A stretch of 64,000 nucleotides of DNA, taken from NCBI RefSeq assembly GCF_009914755.1, contig NC_060929.1; one strand, written 5' to 3'. Of the stretch, positions 1-14,125 are shown one piece after another (position 1 is the stretch's first letter; every line of letters starts with the position of its first letter). The notes beneath the pieces were generated by a model. It made no database searches and was not told the origin of the DNA. It was given only the letters and a program-made list of their open reading frames with translations. Both the position numbers and the translations under genes were made by a program. This stretch comes from the human T2T-CHM13v2.0 reference genome, Homo sapiens.

Positions 1-250
1 ATATGTGTTACAAAATTATATTGAATTCTTCAAAATCTGATATGTTATCGGTCATAATCTTGGTTATTATCTTCAAGTTTTGTATGCCACAGAAATAAAC
101 AAATTTCTTTGTCAATTACATTATTATTATAATAAACTCCATGAGATTTTTAACCATGGCCACTCTAAGTCTGTCATCCACAGGGACCGACTGCTTTCAT
201 TCTTTTCGAAAAGCATTTGCCATCAGCTACAATAAAAAATTGCTTCTTCT
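1..250 (+). mobile_element. ERV1 MER4-group internal fragment (MER65-int-like), left part
   Basis: Motifs such as GTATGCCACAGAAATAAACAAATTT and ATCAGCTACAAT resemble MER4-group internal sequence as I recall it; appears to continue at ~4162. Confidence 0.55.
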
Positions 251-2489
251 CTGAAACTGATGACCCATTAAGGTTTAACCCATATACTCCTCTATATACC
301 TCTACAGCCTCCCCAAATCAAGTTGATATATTCCCCTAGCAGTCTGTGCAATGGAGACCAACACTACATTCTTTTAGATTGTTTTAAATTACATTTTTGA
401 ACTTCCAGTTTATTACATACCAAGAGTTGATTACAACCTCCTTGTTTCATAAGTGGAAGCTATGTTAGGGTTGGATGTGGGTGCCATAATTTCTTCAAGG
501 ATCCTGGACAGAGACCCACATCAGGATCAGAAACCCTACGATAGCATTGCAGATCTCATGGCTCACTAATCCTTGAAGATTATAATTTTCATCCTACTAT
601 CAGTTGCACTTTCTGTCACTTTTACTGCATTAAGTCTCCCGGTATCAAACAGAGCTCTGTGGTGTCACTGACTGAGGAATGGAATAGAGATGTCCACAAG
701 GGGTCTTGATATCATGACTGCACAGAGATGTGAAAGGAGAGACCACTTCCTCACCACCCAGCTACTTCACTTCTCTCCCGGTATCAGCCCTATAGTCGGA
801 CCTAGGCTTTCAGAAGTGTAAGTGTGCAAACAAGTTTCGGTTGGACTTTAAGAGGACACTTTGTCATAGAAGAAAATCCAGTATCTCTAAGCTGGTTTTC
901 TTTTCAGGAAAACATCCTGAGGGACCAGTAAGCAGGGAGATCCTTTTTCTAGTTTGCCTGTAGAGTTAGGAAGACAGTTGATTTTTCAGTCTTTTACAGG
1001 ATGCTTAAACAAAGCTGTGTAATTACATAAGGTGGATCTTTATCTTGCCTAAGAAGATAAAGTGGGAATCTTCACTCCGCCAGGGCAAATTTCCAAAGAG
1101 CTCATTTATTCCATGTCTTTCAAACTTTCATGAGATACATTTCTCTTTCACATTGTTGCTGATTTCCAAACAGCTGTCAGCTAGTTTTTTCCTCCCCCTT
1201 TCCTATTCTTCACTATTTTGATAGCAAAGCTCATAGAATTAGAGGACTTAGAAGATGCTTTGTAAACATTGCCACAAAGGAACTGCTGAAATGATTCACA
1301 GGAAGACTGGTCAGTTGGGAGAAAGATCCTAAAGATGTTACACTGGTTTTCAACAACATGCTTAGAGAATTCTTGAAGCAGATAGGTGTCAACCCAGTGA
1401 AAACAACATTTTGATTTATTTTTTTTTTTAAGTTTATGGTGATTGTGTCGGTTTCTAAAATAAGCAAATATTCAAGTCAAGAGATGTTTTGTTTTTTCTT
1501 CTGCCAAGAATGGGGTTAGGGGAGCAAAGACACAATTTGGGAAAGGACATATGTGCTATTATAGGGATCACCTTTAAGTTTCTGGGAAGGAATGGGCACG
1601 GGTGAGTAGGTTGGCTCAACATTGTCCTGCACTGCTTATTAGGACCTGAGACGTGCAAGGGAAATGTGGGTGACATCAGGGCACCCAGGGCACAGCCCCA
1701 CTAACTGCTGTGCTGAGTTTCTGTAGCCTGCCACGTTTCCCTTGGTGAAGTAAATGAAGATCAAGGAGTCATTTTATGATGTCCTGGTGCTGAGAATAAT
1801 AAATGTCTTGTTACAAACAGATGTAACAATGGTTTTTTTCTGGATTATTATCAGGGTGGTCAGCTCTGGGTTAAGCACCCACATCCAATTTGTACAATAA
1901 TATTGATACATAGGGCTACGCTTATTACTGCTCAAGCATTCTGTTTTAATAATTGTGTTTTACTTCTAAAGGTTAAATAAAAGCAAAAAATGGGGCTAAA
2001 CTATCAAACTGTTCCCCTATTTGTTTTCTCCAGTGTACAACATATATATGTATATATTTTATTTTATTGAAGATGCAGTAGGATACCTGCCATTTAAGAA
2101 AATAAATAGAAAATTTAAAATCCCAACAAATGAGAAAAAGAAATTCAGTACCCAAGAATAGGGCTGGTCCAGCACCACCTCGAAGTAGGCTGTGGTTTAT
2201 GGAGTGAAGAGCCTTGCTCCCTTTACATTCGCTCATGCTCCCACACAAGGCTAGCAGTAGAAATGCTTGAATTCTGCTTGGCTTGCCAAGGGGACTCAGG
2301 AGTCAACCAAGGGAACTATTTGGCTCCACGAGGAATGGACACCTCAGGATGCTTCCTGAACAGGGCCTAGTCAGGAAGTAGCCTGGATGTGCATAGTCAT
2401 GGTCACCTTATGAAAATGTGTGGCAGGTGGCTCTCGGGAAAAACACCAAGCCTGGATCATCTGTGTGGCAGCTTTGCCTGGGGAGGTAA

Positions 2490-2831
<342 letters not shown>

Positions 2832-2959
2832 TAGGTAACCATTCTTTTCAAGGAATCAACCCAACTTTGCTGGCTTGGTTTGTGGTTTGTTTCATCCCTA
2901 GCTATGAGCATGCTTTGGTCTATAAACGTGGCTTGTCTCATAATACATTCCCTTTCTGT

Positions 2960-3404
2960 AATTTTTTAAATTTTTTATTTCCATAGGTTTTTGGAGAACA
3001 TGAGGTATTTGGTTACATGAGTAAGTTCTTTAGTGGTGATTTGTGAGATTTTGGTGCACACATCACCAGCAGTATACACTGAACTCAATTTGTAGTCTTT
3101 TACCCCTCATGCCTTTCCCACTCTTTCCCTTGAGTCCCCAAAGTCCACTGTATCATTCTTATGCCTTTGCATCTTCATAGCTTAGCTCCCACTTAAGAGT
3201 GAGAACATGCAATGTTTGGTTTTCCATTCCTGAGATACTTCACTTAGAATAATAGTCTCCAATCCCATCCAGGTTATTATGAATGCCATTAATTCATTCC
3301 TTTTTATGGCTGAGTAGTATTCCATCACATATATGTATTTATGCATATATATATATATATACATATGCATATATATATATACATATGCATATATATATAC
3401 ATAT

Positions 3405-3455
<51 letters not shown>

Positions 3456-3637
3456 AATATATACCACAGTTTATTCACTCATTGATTCACGGGCATTTAG
3501 GCTGGTTCCACATTTTTGCAATTGCTAATTGTGCTGTTATAAACGTGCATGTGCAAGTATCTTTTTTGTGTAATGACTTCTTTTCCTCTGGGTAGATAAC
3601 CAGTAAGATTGCTGGATCAAATGGTAGTTCTACTTTT
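2960..3637 (-). mobile_element. L1PB-type (L1PB1-like) 3' fragment
   Basis: L1 3'UTR (GGTTACATGAGTAAGTTCTTTAGTGGTGATTTGTGAGATTTTGG) and ORF2 C-terminal peptide MEYYSAIKRNELMAF on the minus strand. Confidence 0.8.
3326..3463. repeat. compound (TA)n/(CA)n microsatellite inside L1
   Basis: Direct reading. Confidence 0.95.
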
Positions 3638-4161
3638 ATGAATTGTCCTTGTTTTTCTTTAAAAGTTAATACTTTTGATCACTATAGTTTGTTAGTGTTG
3701 GATTGTTTCCACTTTGAAATTTCTAAACTTTTTCCCTTCATAATGTTAAAACAAGTTATGTTAGATGCCCTTTCAACATGAAAGGTCTGTAGTTAAGATA
3801 TTACATATATTTTATTGTTTATAATAAAAATCTAGACATAAGAAGTGCCAAGTGTTAATTATAATATTTTGCACAGTATCTTTTTTCCCATGATGTGTTA
3901 ATATCTACAATTTCATTAAATGTTGATGTTATTCTCTATTGAGATTCAGAAGCCTAGGGAGCTATGTGTTCATTTTGGTTATTTTTGTTGTTATTTCCCT
4001 GAAGCAAAAGACTACATGGCCTTCAGTGCAACAACCTCAGTCCAATTCTGAAGTTTATTATACTTGCTTGCCTCTTGGCTATTTAACTTCTGAGTGCAAA
4101 TCATTGAACTCCCTAATGAAGTATTGTAGAGAATAAATTAAAATGAATAAAGAAAAATACT

Positions 4162-6355
4162 TCCTCTTCAAGGAGGTTCATGAAAAGGACTCTAACAAGT
4201 ATGCTGGAATTTAGATTTCTTATGAGTTTAAGATTATACCACTGGACTGGGAAAGAATTTCCAGGACTCTAATGAAGAAACGATGGCTTCTTAAAACATC
4301 TAACCCAGATCAAGTAGAATAAGTTTAATGAATGGGACTAAACAAACTGATGGCAATATTTTCGAGTGACTTTTTGTTTAACATTTTGCTGTTTTTTTTA
4401 AATTTTTTGTTTTCCAGATTTGAGAAAACTTTTAAAAAGCTATCTATAGCATACAGCAATTTGGTAAAGTATACTTTTATAAATAAAAATGGAAATATTT
4501 ATTTTTTCTTCCTACCTGCGGCTGCAGTCTTCAGAGAGCTCTTATTGATATTTTTATTTTATGGCAACATAGTTATTTGCATTAATTCAATAAAAATCTA
4601 TTCTCTTTGTAACAGGATAGAATTACAAACATTGGTTATATTATAAATGGTTTGACTTGAATGTGATATTTGAGACTATGCACAGGATGCCTAGCTTCAA
4701 GGATTCCCAAGCTCACAGTGAGTGAATAAACATTTTTACCTCTTGACAGGCCAGGAACCTCCAGATATATTGGAGACCTCAAGAAGAGAGAAATTCATGC
4801 AGATTTTTAGATACTGCAGCCAAAGTCTGATGTTCGCCCTCCTTTGACTTCTGACCCTTGAAAGGCTTTTAAAAGTCTAATCTGAGATTTCTTATCAAAA
4901 GTTCCGTCAAAATAAACTTAAAAACAGCCCATGTTTCATCCCTTTTCTTGCTATACTGTTGTCAATAATCATGCCAAGTTTAATGAGACTAAACTTATTC
5001 AGCAGACAAATTAGTCTTACTCTGATTATCTTTAGTAGAAATAGGGATGATTGTACAGAGAAAAATTATGTTTCTGAAGAAAAACTGCAGTACACCTGTT
5101 AGTAGATTGTAGTTTTCTTTGTTGTTTTCAAGTTTTTGTCATCTATCTCTAAATTAGACAGGGCACTTAATTATTCTAATTTCCTCCAACGTCTGGCTAC
5201 GATTCTCCAACTAAGAACATAAACTGCCTTGTTCCTAAAGTCCTATAAGTTGGAGCCAGAAAACTCCATGTAAATTTCAAGAGAGAAATCTCATGGCTAT
5301 TGTGTGGGCTACAAAGAGAATTGACTAAAATGCCCCATGCTATACCCAGGAACATTCAAACTACAAACCAGAGTAAGAAGTTGATGACATCACAGTGTGG
5401 AAAGCTTTTCCCAAGACATTGTAACAAAACTGGACTCTTATCCTTCTTATTTTTTTTTTTTCTTGCTTATGCCTACATTTTTCACTTGGCAGAATAACGC
5501 TGTGGTTAGAATTTCACATTCAGTAGCTTCCGTAACTGAATGAAGTTTTGGATCTGTCGTGTCAAACCCACATCTTTACATGACCTAAGGGATCCTTTAG
5601 TCCACCCAGTGGGTAACTATGGCAACATCCCTAATTTATTTGCCACCTTGGGTTTCGTTGCAGGCTTCACTGCAAAGGCTATTGCCGCCCAGCAGTGCTC
5701 ATTAAAGTATCTTGCTGAGTAGCCGTAGATAACACAACAGGACAGGATGAGATAACTCTCAATTATCTACTGGTTGAACAAGAATGTCTGTGCCATTGCT
5801 AATAACTACATGCTGTACCTGAATATATTTCTCTGGGGAAGTCAAGACCTAATTGCATAAAATAGCAAGACAGGCTTTATGGCTACAACAGATCTCACTC
5901 AGTCTCACATAGACTTTTGATTCATTAGTTGGCTGCCTTTGGGTCCATGTTCATAGACAATATTTCATGTTACTATTAATTTTGTACCGCATCATTCTTT
6001 TTAAACTTTTTATCTGTTTCCTGTCCAACCTCTGCAGAAATGATGCATCTAACAGAACAACACTGGTCCAGAACTTCCAAATGGTAGTCAATGCCTATGG
6101 AACTGACAAAATTGAACTTAGCAATGAACTCCAGGCAGATTTATCCTGAGAGCCACTCCTTCTGAACCTCTTTGTTTCTTAAATGTGACTAAAAGGGTTT
6201 TGACATCTGCTCTTAGTTGCTGGCCATTCACCTCTGATGCAGGATCAGACTAACTAGGAAAGGTCCACTCCAGCACCAAGAAACAATCAAAACCTAACTA
6301 TAGGCTGATTAATCAGCAATGCTTTCAGAAAAAATTCTTGGTCAAAGGGGGGAAA
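4162..6355 (+). mobile_element. ERV1 MER4-group internal region (MER65-int-like), 3' part ending in polypurine tract
   Basis: MER4-group-like motifs (AAAGGACTCTAACAAGTA, ATACCACTGGACTGGG), an env remnant, and PPT AAAGGGGGGAAA at 6344-6355 directly before TG. Confidence 0.7.
5660..6150 (+). pseudogene. degenerate retroviral env transmembrane subunit remnant
   Basis: Frameshifted peptides TAKAIAAQQCSLKYLAE, LNYLLVEQ, VCAIAN, TCCT*, SGEVKT*LHKI match the gamma-type Env TM layout (heptad, immunosuppressive domain, CX6CC); stops and frameshifts present. Confidence 0.75.
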
Positions 6356-7593
6356 TGTTAAAGTTACAAGCAAAGAAGTTGACTCACTGAAGTCAAACCA
6401 CAACAAAATGGAGCTGGGAGAGTATAAAAGAAGGCCCTTCATGCATGGATGTCTCTAAAAGAACTATTGCAAGGACTCCCTGAAAACTACAAAAATTTTA
6501 GATACGACGCTTCTATGAAGACATCTTCCCAGCAATAGCCAGTATCACCGATGAGTATTTGTCCATACCAAGCAATAAGCTTCTGGGGCCAAAGAGGTTT
6601 ATTTTAAAATAATTTACATGAACTTCACCTTTTTTTTTCTTTATTTCTTCTTCTTCTTCAAAAAACAAACAAAAGTGATATATGTGCAGAACGTGCAGGT
6701 TTGTTACATAGGTATACGTATGCCATGGTGGTTTGCTACACTTTTCAACCTATCATCTAAGTTCCCTCCCCTCACCCCCCAACCTCCAACAGGCCCCAGC
6801 GTGTGTTGTTTCCTTCTCTGTGTCCATTTGTTCTCAATGTTCGAATCCCACTTACGAATAAGAACATGCGGTATTTGGTTTTCTGTTCCTGTGTTAGTTT
6901 GCTGAGGATGATGGCTTCCAGTTTCATCCATGTTTCTGCAAAGGACATGCTCTCATTCCTTTTTTATAGCTGCATAGTATTCCATGGTGTATGTGTACCA
7001 CATTTTCTTTATCCAGTCTAACAGTGATGGGCATTTGGGTTGGGTCCATGTCTTTGCTATTGTAAATAGTGCTGCAATAAATATATACACGTATGTTCCC
7101 TTACAGTAGAATGATTTATATTCCTTTGGGTATATACCTAGTAATGGGATTGCTGGGTCAAAAGGTATTTCTAGTTCTAGATCCTTGAGGAATGCCCATA
7201 CTGTCTTCCACAATGGTTGAATTAATTCACTTTCCCACCAACAGTGTAAGAGCATTCCCATTTCTCCACATCCTCTCCAGTATTTATTGTTTCCTGACTT
7301 TTTAATAATCTCCATTCTAATTGGCGTGAAATGGCATCTCATTGTGGTTTTGATTTGCATTTCTCTGGTGATCAGTGATGTTGAGCTTCTTTTGTATGTT
7401 TTTTGGCCACGTAAATGTCTTTTTTTGAGACGTGTCTGTTCATATCCTTTGCCCACTTTTTGATAGCGTTGTTTGTCTTTTTCTTGTAAGCATGTTTAAG
7501 TCCCTTGTAAATTCTGGATATTCGATCATTGTCAGATGGGTAGATTGCAAAAATTTTTTCCCAGTCTGTAGGTTGCTTGTTCACTTTGATGAT

Positions 7594-7631
<38 letters not shown>

Positions 7632-8356
7632 GCAGAAGCTCTTTAGTTTAATTAGATCCCATTGTCAATTTTGGCTTTTGTTGCAATTGCTTTTGGCATT
7701 TTTGTCATGAAGTCTTTGCCCACCCTGCCTATGTCCTGAATGTTGTTGCCTAGGTTTTCTTCTAGGGTTTTTACGGTTTGGGGTTTTACATTTAAGTCTT
7801 TAATCCATCTTGAGTTAATTTTTGTATAAGGTGTAAGGAAGGGGTCCAGTTTCAGTTTCCTGCATATGGCTAGCCAGATTTCCCACATTATTACTGAATA
7901 TGAGATCCTTTCCCATTGCTTGTTTTTGTCAGGTTTGTTGAAGATCAGGTGGTTGTAGACGTGTGGTGTATTTCTGAGGTCTATGTTCACCTTCATTGGT
8001 CTATATGTCTGTTTTGGTACCAGTTCCATGCTGTTTTGGTTACTGAGGCCCTGCAGTAATGAAGTCAGGTAGTGTGATGCCTCCAGTTTTGTTCTTTATG
8101 CTTAGGATTGTCTTGGCTATATGGGGTCTTCTTTGATTCCATATGAAATTTCAAATAGGTTTTTCTAATTCTGTGAAGAATGCCAACGGTAGTTTGATGG
8201 GAAACCTCACCTTTTACCCTTAAAAAAGCTTCGGCTCCCCCAGCTTTTTCAAATGTGCCTATGGTTCAGTACGGTACACATATCCCAAATTGCAGTTCAT
8301 TGCTCTTCCCAGATAAACTATTTTGAAAAGTCAGTCTCTCTGCTGTTTATTTTAAT
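6356..8356 (+). mobile_element. 3' LTR (MER65-like), split by L1 insertion
   Basis: Begins with TG right after the PPT; GTCAAACCACAACAAAATGGAGC resembles MER65; LTR-like sequence resumes at 8203; end approximate. Confidence 0.6.
6634..8202 (-). mobile_element. 5'-truncated L1PA (L1PA8A-like)
   Basis: ORF2 C-terminal peptides (LLHCWW, PFDPAIPLLGIYP) on the minus strand; poly(T) at 6631; TSD AACTTCACCTTTT (6621-6633) / AACCTCACCTTTT (8203-8215). Confidence 0.9.
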
Positions 8357-10469
8357 AATTTTTAATAGAAGTACATCTTTCTTAAAAGCATAGCAAAAAT
8401 TTTAAGTACATTCACAATAATAATAATTAGGAAACAAATGATCATTGCTTTGATTTTAAGAATTATTAATTTCTTTAATTTTTCAAGTTGAAATATAGAA
8501 CATGTTTTATTTAGTTACCAATTTATTTCTGTATTTTTCATGAAACAATTTACTTTGGTAAGAAATTTCAAGGAATCTGTGGCATAAATACATATTTGGT
8601 CAATGTTCCTTGACCCAAAGTATTAAGGCTGGGTTGTATTTAATTCAGTGACTAAGTAATTTAGTCAGGTTATTCAATAAATTAATGAGGTAATAATCTA
8701 TAAATTGTTATAATCTGTAAATCTATAAATCATATGTAAAATTGTATTATAAAAAGCAAATGAGTCTTTCTAACAATAGCTAGTTCCGACAATAAAATAA
8801 CTTCACTTTTAGTTAGCAAGCCCGTATTACATTTCTAAATATTGAAGTCTGTGCAGTAGTTAATGAACTTTTAGTCAATTATTGAGAAAAAAACTTTTAG
8901 TACAGTAGAAGATATAAAAAACATGATTGAGCTCAATTTCTCTTTTTTAAAAAATCACTGATTTCTTGGTCAAACTTTTGCTTCTTTTGGAACTTTTGAA
9001 CTTTGTGGCCATGTGAAATGGCACTCTGAAACTTCTAGTAGACTCAAATTGAGGTAACTTTCTTGCTCACGACAATTTTATGTCCGGTTTCTAATATAAG
9101 CCATTATTTCTAACACATGCCATGGTTCCATGTTTGAACTAATGTTAATACCACCTGCCCCTACATGACTGAGTCTGAGCACATCCCTGGGCCACATCAA
9201 GCACCATGGCAGATTAATCATTCCTTATGGTTTTAACAGGCAAGCTGGGGAAAAAAAATAACTGTCTCCTCCAACTTTGGTTATGAGTGAGTTTCTTACC
9301 TTTTAATGGTGAAAAATAAACTTATCTGTCATAGGAGAAAATAACATTACACTCATATGGAAGCAGAGGTGAGAAGTGAAGCCTTAGTAGTGATGTCATC
9401 GTTGCCAATTACTGAAGCCAGGAAGTTAGGAATCATCAGTCTTTTTCTTTTGAATTAATGTGACAGTAGTCGAGAGAGAGAAAAAAGTAGGCATGCTGTA
9501 TGTTATTTAGAGGATAAGATCTATAGATTTGAAATTGATTTGGCATAAACCCACAGGAAAGTGAAGAATCAAGCATGTATTCTAAGCTTCTGGCTTGAGC
9601 AAGTGAGCAATCAGCAACATCAGCCCTATGACTTACTAGATTTTTACTGAGGTATACTTTGTAATGTAATAGCTGCGAGAAACTGAATATCATTGAAATT
9701 TAGAAAAGGTTATGACAATGTCATTGGGTTAATAGATAGCCTTTTCTTACAAAGATTTGTAAAAAATGAGAGGCCCTAGACATTTGCTGTGTATATTATG
9801 CATAAAAATACCACCTCCAGTGAATTCGTTTGGAAAAGAAACTCAAAGCAAGGCCAGACAAAGGAAACAAAAAGAAAAGAAATGAAAGGGAAAGGACAGG
9901 GAAGAAAAGGCAAGAAAAAACAAGACAGACAAAAAATTGGAAAAATATGACAGAGAGAGCAAGAATTGTATATATCATAATTTTATAATATTTTAAATTT
10001 ATAAAATTATTTTTTGACTTTTTTTAATTCAAGAAGACCCTGGATATAAGTCCATCAGTATATAAATAATTGCTAAGAACTGGGACTAAATTTTAAATAA
10101 ACTACACTGTTGAAAAAGCCAATATTTTCAAGAAAATTGACCAAAAGGTATCCTTGTCTTCATTTCCACTGACATCTTATGACTGCCATATTTTTTCAGC
10201 TATGGCTCTTTTTCTACCAATGGCATGTCACAAAAATGTGTGAACCTCTGGTCACTCTAATTAGTCATACCAATATTGCATAATTTTACCTCAGAATGTT
10301 TTTTCCAACTACATTCTTTCTCCAGGGGCATTTATATTCAATGTTTTTTCCAGGGGCATTTACATTCTGAATACCGTGCCTCAAAGTCAAACTGGTTAGC
10401 ATTACAATCTTGTCTGGTATTATATATGCATTTATTAATGTACAAATTGACCTCAGAAATAGAATATAT

Positions 10470-10532
10470 TTGTCAGGAGTTTTAGGTCTTGTGTTCCCAA
10501 CACCTAACAATAGATACTTGTTGAATAAATTA
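10470..10532 (+). mobile_element. L2 3'-end remnant
   Basis: CCCAACACCTAACAA...ACTTGTTGAATAAAT resembles the L2 terminus. Confidence 0.45.
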
Positions 10533-11559
10533 TGAAAGGGAAAAATAATTTTTAAGAAATTTTGAAAACTTAAAAAGGAAACAAAGGTGCCACAATGGAA
10601 ACAAAATTTCACTTTTTTTTCTCTGAGTTTAGAGTAAATCTCAGATTCAAACACATCTGAGGATGTACAATTATCAATTATGTAATTCCAAGGGAAAGTA
10701 ATTTGTACTTACAGGTTAGATATGATAATCAATTCACTTAATTCTACTCGTTTCCTTTAAAAAAAAAAAAAAGAGGCTGTCAGAAATAATACATCACAGT
10801 AAAACCTCCTATCAAACAAGAAAAGATTGTATTTGGGAAAACATTTTCATAGACCTAAATTGAGTAATGTTTCCAACTTACATTTCACCAGTTAAGCTTC
10901 CCATTAGAAAATGTGTTTGTATGACACCAGTTCCACTTGCATTTTTTTCCCATAGGTTTCCCAGCAGACGTTTACAATCCTTTAGTGATGTTATAGCCAG
11001 AATTGTATTAGGTAATAATATAAAATCCCTAAATTTTATGTACAAACCTTCACTGATATTTTTAGTTATCATGAAAGAATCCTTGTATTTATTTCTATTC
11101 TAATTCTCCTCATGTCATTGGTATTTTATATGTATTCATTGTAAACATGTGTTGAATGTTCTAAATTTATACAAGCAAAACAATGTACATATTCTAGAGC
11201 TTAATATTTTCCCTCTCCCTGTTTTTTTTTCCGTGGCTTTCTCTTGCTTTCACTATTGCAAACTCTGACCCTGAGAGGCAAGAGTCGTGACCATTTAGTA
11301 AGATGTATCGTTGAGTATCATAAAATAGTTGGATAGTCTGCTATTTTTTATAGTAGCAAAAATAGAATGTTCATATGCTTGCCCACGATTTTTATACATT
11401 TTTAAATTTGTCTACCACATGCCTAAATTTACCAAATTAAGTCCGTGTATATAAAACATTTGCACAAATGTTACTCAAGTTGTCTGAAATAAAAATACAT
11501 GTATTTTGCAATTTAGAGCACATGACACTAAAGATGTATAGCTCCGTTAACTCACCTTT

Positions 11560-12520
11560 TGAACAAATTTCAGCAAGAAATTTCAGAATGAATATAAAAA
11601 AGTTAAGAAATATTCTAATATATAGTAGCTGAAAAGTTTACAGAAGTAAAGAAGAAAGACACAAATTAGTAGATTCTGAAGAATTATCTATACGAACCCA
11701 TAACTATTCTCTTTATTTTGGATATTCTATTGTTTCCTTATAATTTGTTTATAAGTTTCCTTATAAATAAACAAATTATAAGGAAACAGTGGAATATCCA
11801 AAACAGAATATGCAAGCCAATTAACAATCACCATTTTTACCAACAAAAATATTGAAAGTCAGAAAATTGTGGAATATCTTTGAAGTGCTAATAAATGATA
11901 ATGGCAAATCTAGAATTTTATGTCAATTAGATTTAGAATTCAAGAGCAGATCAAAATAGAGACATCTTCAGACAATCCAAAAACTGAGAGTTTACTACCA
12001 AGAATAGTAACTTTTACAGTATGTACCATAGAATAAAGGATAATTAACTGGATGTAAATTCCAAAATATTAGAAGAAGAAAGGATGTGAAAAAACATATA
12101 TAAGCAGTCACAATTTTATTTAACAAACACACCAACAATATGTGATTTGTGGGAATAAGAAAAACAACATGAATATAAAATAATGAACAATTTGTAGCAA
12201 ATATTTTTAAATAATTGCAATTAAAGAGCCCTAAGACTTTGTATTGTTTGGGCTTGGTGTTAGTAAACTTTATATTTTATGTTAATAATGTTTATTAGAA
12301 TATCAAAATTGCCTAGCAAAAGAAAACTGATAATGTGAATAATTTCCAAAATAAAAGAGATAAGTTACAAAAAATGTTAAAGTAAACAAATGCAAAACAA
12401 GGCAAAAAAAAAAAAAGTCAAAGTGAGAAAGACCAGCAAAGTGAATAAAAGGAAGAAAATATGACTTTAAATATAAAAAAATAAATAAATGAAAACCTAA
12501 AAAATAACATGCAAGTTGCC
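11560..12520 (+). mobile_element. ancient L1M ORF1-region remnant
   Basis: A-rich strand with GGAATATCTTTGAAGTGCT...CTAGAATTTTAT resembling the end of L1M ORF1; boundaries approximate. Confidence 0.5.
11716..11803. repeat. 37-bp inverted repeat with 14-nt loop
   Basis: 11716-11752 is the reverse complement of 11767-11803 with 2 mismatches. Confidence 0.95.
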
Positions 12521-13327
12521 AAAAGAAAACGATTTACTTGACTGAATAAAGGTCGTTAAAGGATTTCTTCAGCTGGTGAGCACCAGGCAAACCTGAAGAC
12601 TAGGTGGTTCCAGACTGAAGTAGGATCAGGCGTCTAACAGAAGTCTGTGGAGTATGCCTGGTTTAGGCTGGACAGATATTTTCTGCTTTAACTGAAGTTG
12701 AGTTTAGGTTTTTGGGTTCTTTTCTGTTTGTTTTTGTTTTATCTGTTTATGTTCCACTTTCAGAGTCTCATTATCCATCAGAACAATATTATATGAGAAC
12801 AGTCTTTGCAGTTGATGGGCTAACCACGTTTCCTGGGTGGGGCAGGGGAAGTAGACAAGAATAAGAATGAAGTGGATGTAAAGGAAGAAGGCAAGGGGCG
12901 GGGGATTATTACCCTCTAGTATGTTTGTTTTAATCGCTTTACACGGTTACTAGTTTTCAAATTTACTAAATATTTTATATGATTCAAATCATTAACTGAG
13001 AAATTTCTTTCAAATTCAGTGCTCTTTGCAAAGTACTGGCTAGATGTTGGAATCCAAAAATGAACTGTGAAAAAAGGCCCGTGTCCTCAGGAACTTATGT
13101 TCAGAAGAAATGGAAAAACAAAATTAAATAAGTGGATAAATACATGTGTGTTGTTTTACTAAGACCTTATTTATTAAATATTTTGCTAAGCCTATAATAT
13201 TAAATCAGCTATTTATATATCTCTATATAACAATGGTTCTAGAGTCAGGAGGTTAACCTTGTGGATTCCTCAGTGACCTTGAGTAATCACTCAACCAAAA
13301 TACATTTGTATTTAAATACGAACATAA

Positions 13328-13411
13328 GTTCGAACATTACGTTGTTACCCTAGCCACTTCACAAAATACGTTCGAACACTAGGTTGTTACCCTAGACACT
13401 TCACAAAATAT
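13328..13411. repeat. 42-bp tandem duplication
   Basis: GTTCGAACATTACGTTGTTACCCTAGCCACTTCACAAAATAC followed by a copy with 4 differences. Confidence 0.93.
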
Positions 13412-13766
13412 TTGAAAAACACATGGATAGACAATTTGATGATTCTATAAATCTGGTAAATGAATTAGAAATATTATAAAAGGTTTTTCTGAGAGGATAC
13501 CATCGAGCAAAAAGAAAATGACTAGCATTTGACACTATGTAACTTTAAATCTATATTTCAGGGACCTCTGTCACTTTCTTGGGGAATTGAATCACCTATT
13601 CCTACTTAGCAGCATGAAAATGAGTTGAATCTCCAGGTTATAGCATTTGAAGGCATGCCTGAGAGGAGCAGATTCAAAAATCAACAGGTGGTTGATGTTT
13701 TCTGTGGGGAGCATTCCTGCCTCAGTCCTGCTGCTGTGACCCATTCCTAAACAGCTTTGGGGTCTA

Positions 13767-14125
13767 CAGTCCCCCTTGGTACCTGCTGGGGATTTGTTCC
13801 AGGACCACCACCAATCCTACCACCATCATCCCTTCATAGCAAAAGCCAGAGATGCTCAAGTTTCTTATATAAAATGGCCTAGTATTTGCATATAACTTAC
13901 ACACACCCTCTTGTATACTTTCTATCATTTCCAGATTACTTACATTAATAATACTGAATACAATATAAATGCTATGCACATAATTGTTATAAGGATTGTT
14001 TTTTATTTGCATTGTTTTATTGTTGTATTTCTTTTTAAAAATTATTTTTGGTATTTCTTTTAACAAATATGTTTGATTCATGGTTAGTTAAATCCACCCA
14101 CAATGGGGGTATGGAGGGTCAGCTG
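13767..14125 (+). mobile_element. MER2 (TcMar-Tigger MITE)
   Basis: TA|CAGTC...CAGCTG|TA ends; GATGCTCAAGT...TATAAAATGGCCTAGTATTTGCATATAAC core. Confidence 0.88.

Noticed and set aside
10321-10366. Two copies of TCCAGGGGCATTTA(T/C)ATT at a 28-bp period
   Set aside because: Two-copy local duplication; not a CRISPR-like or functional array.
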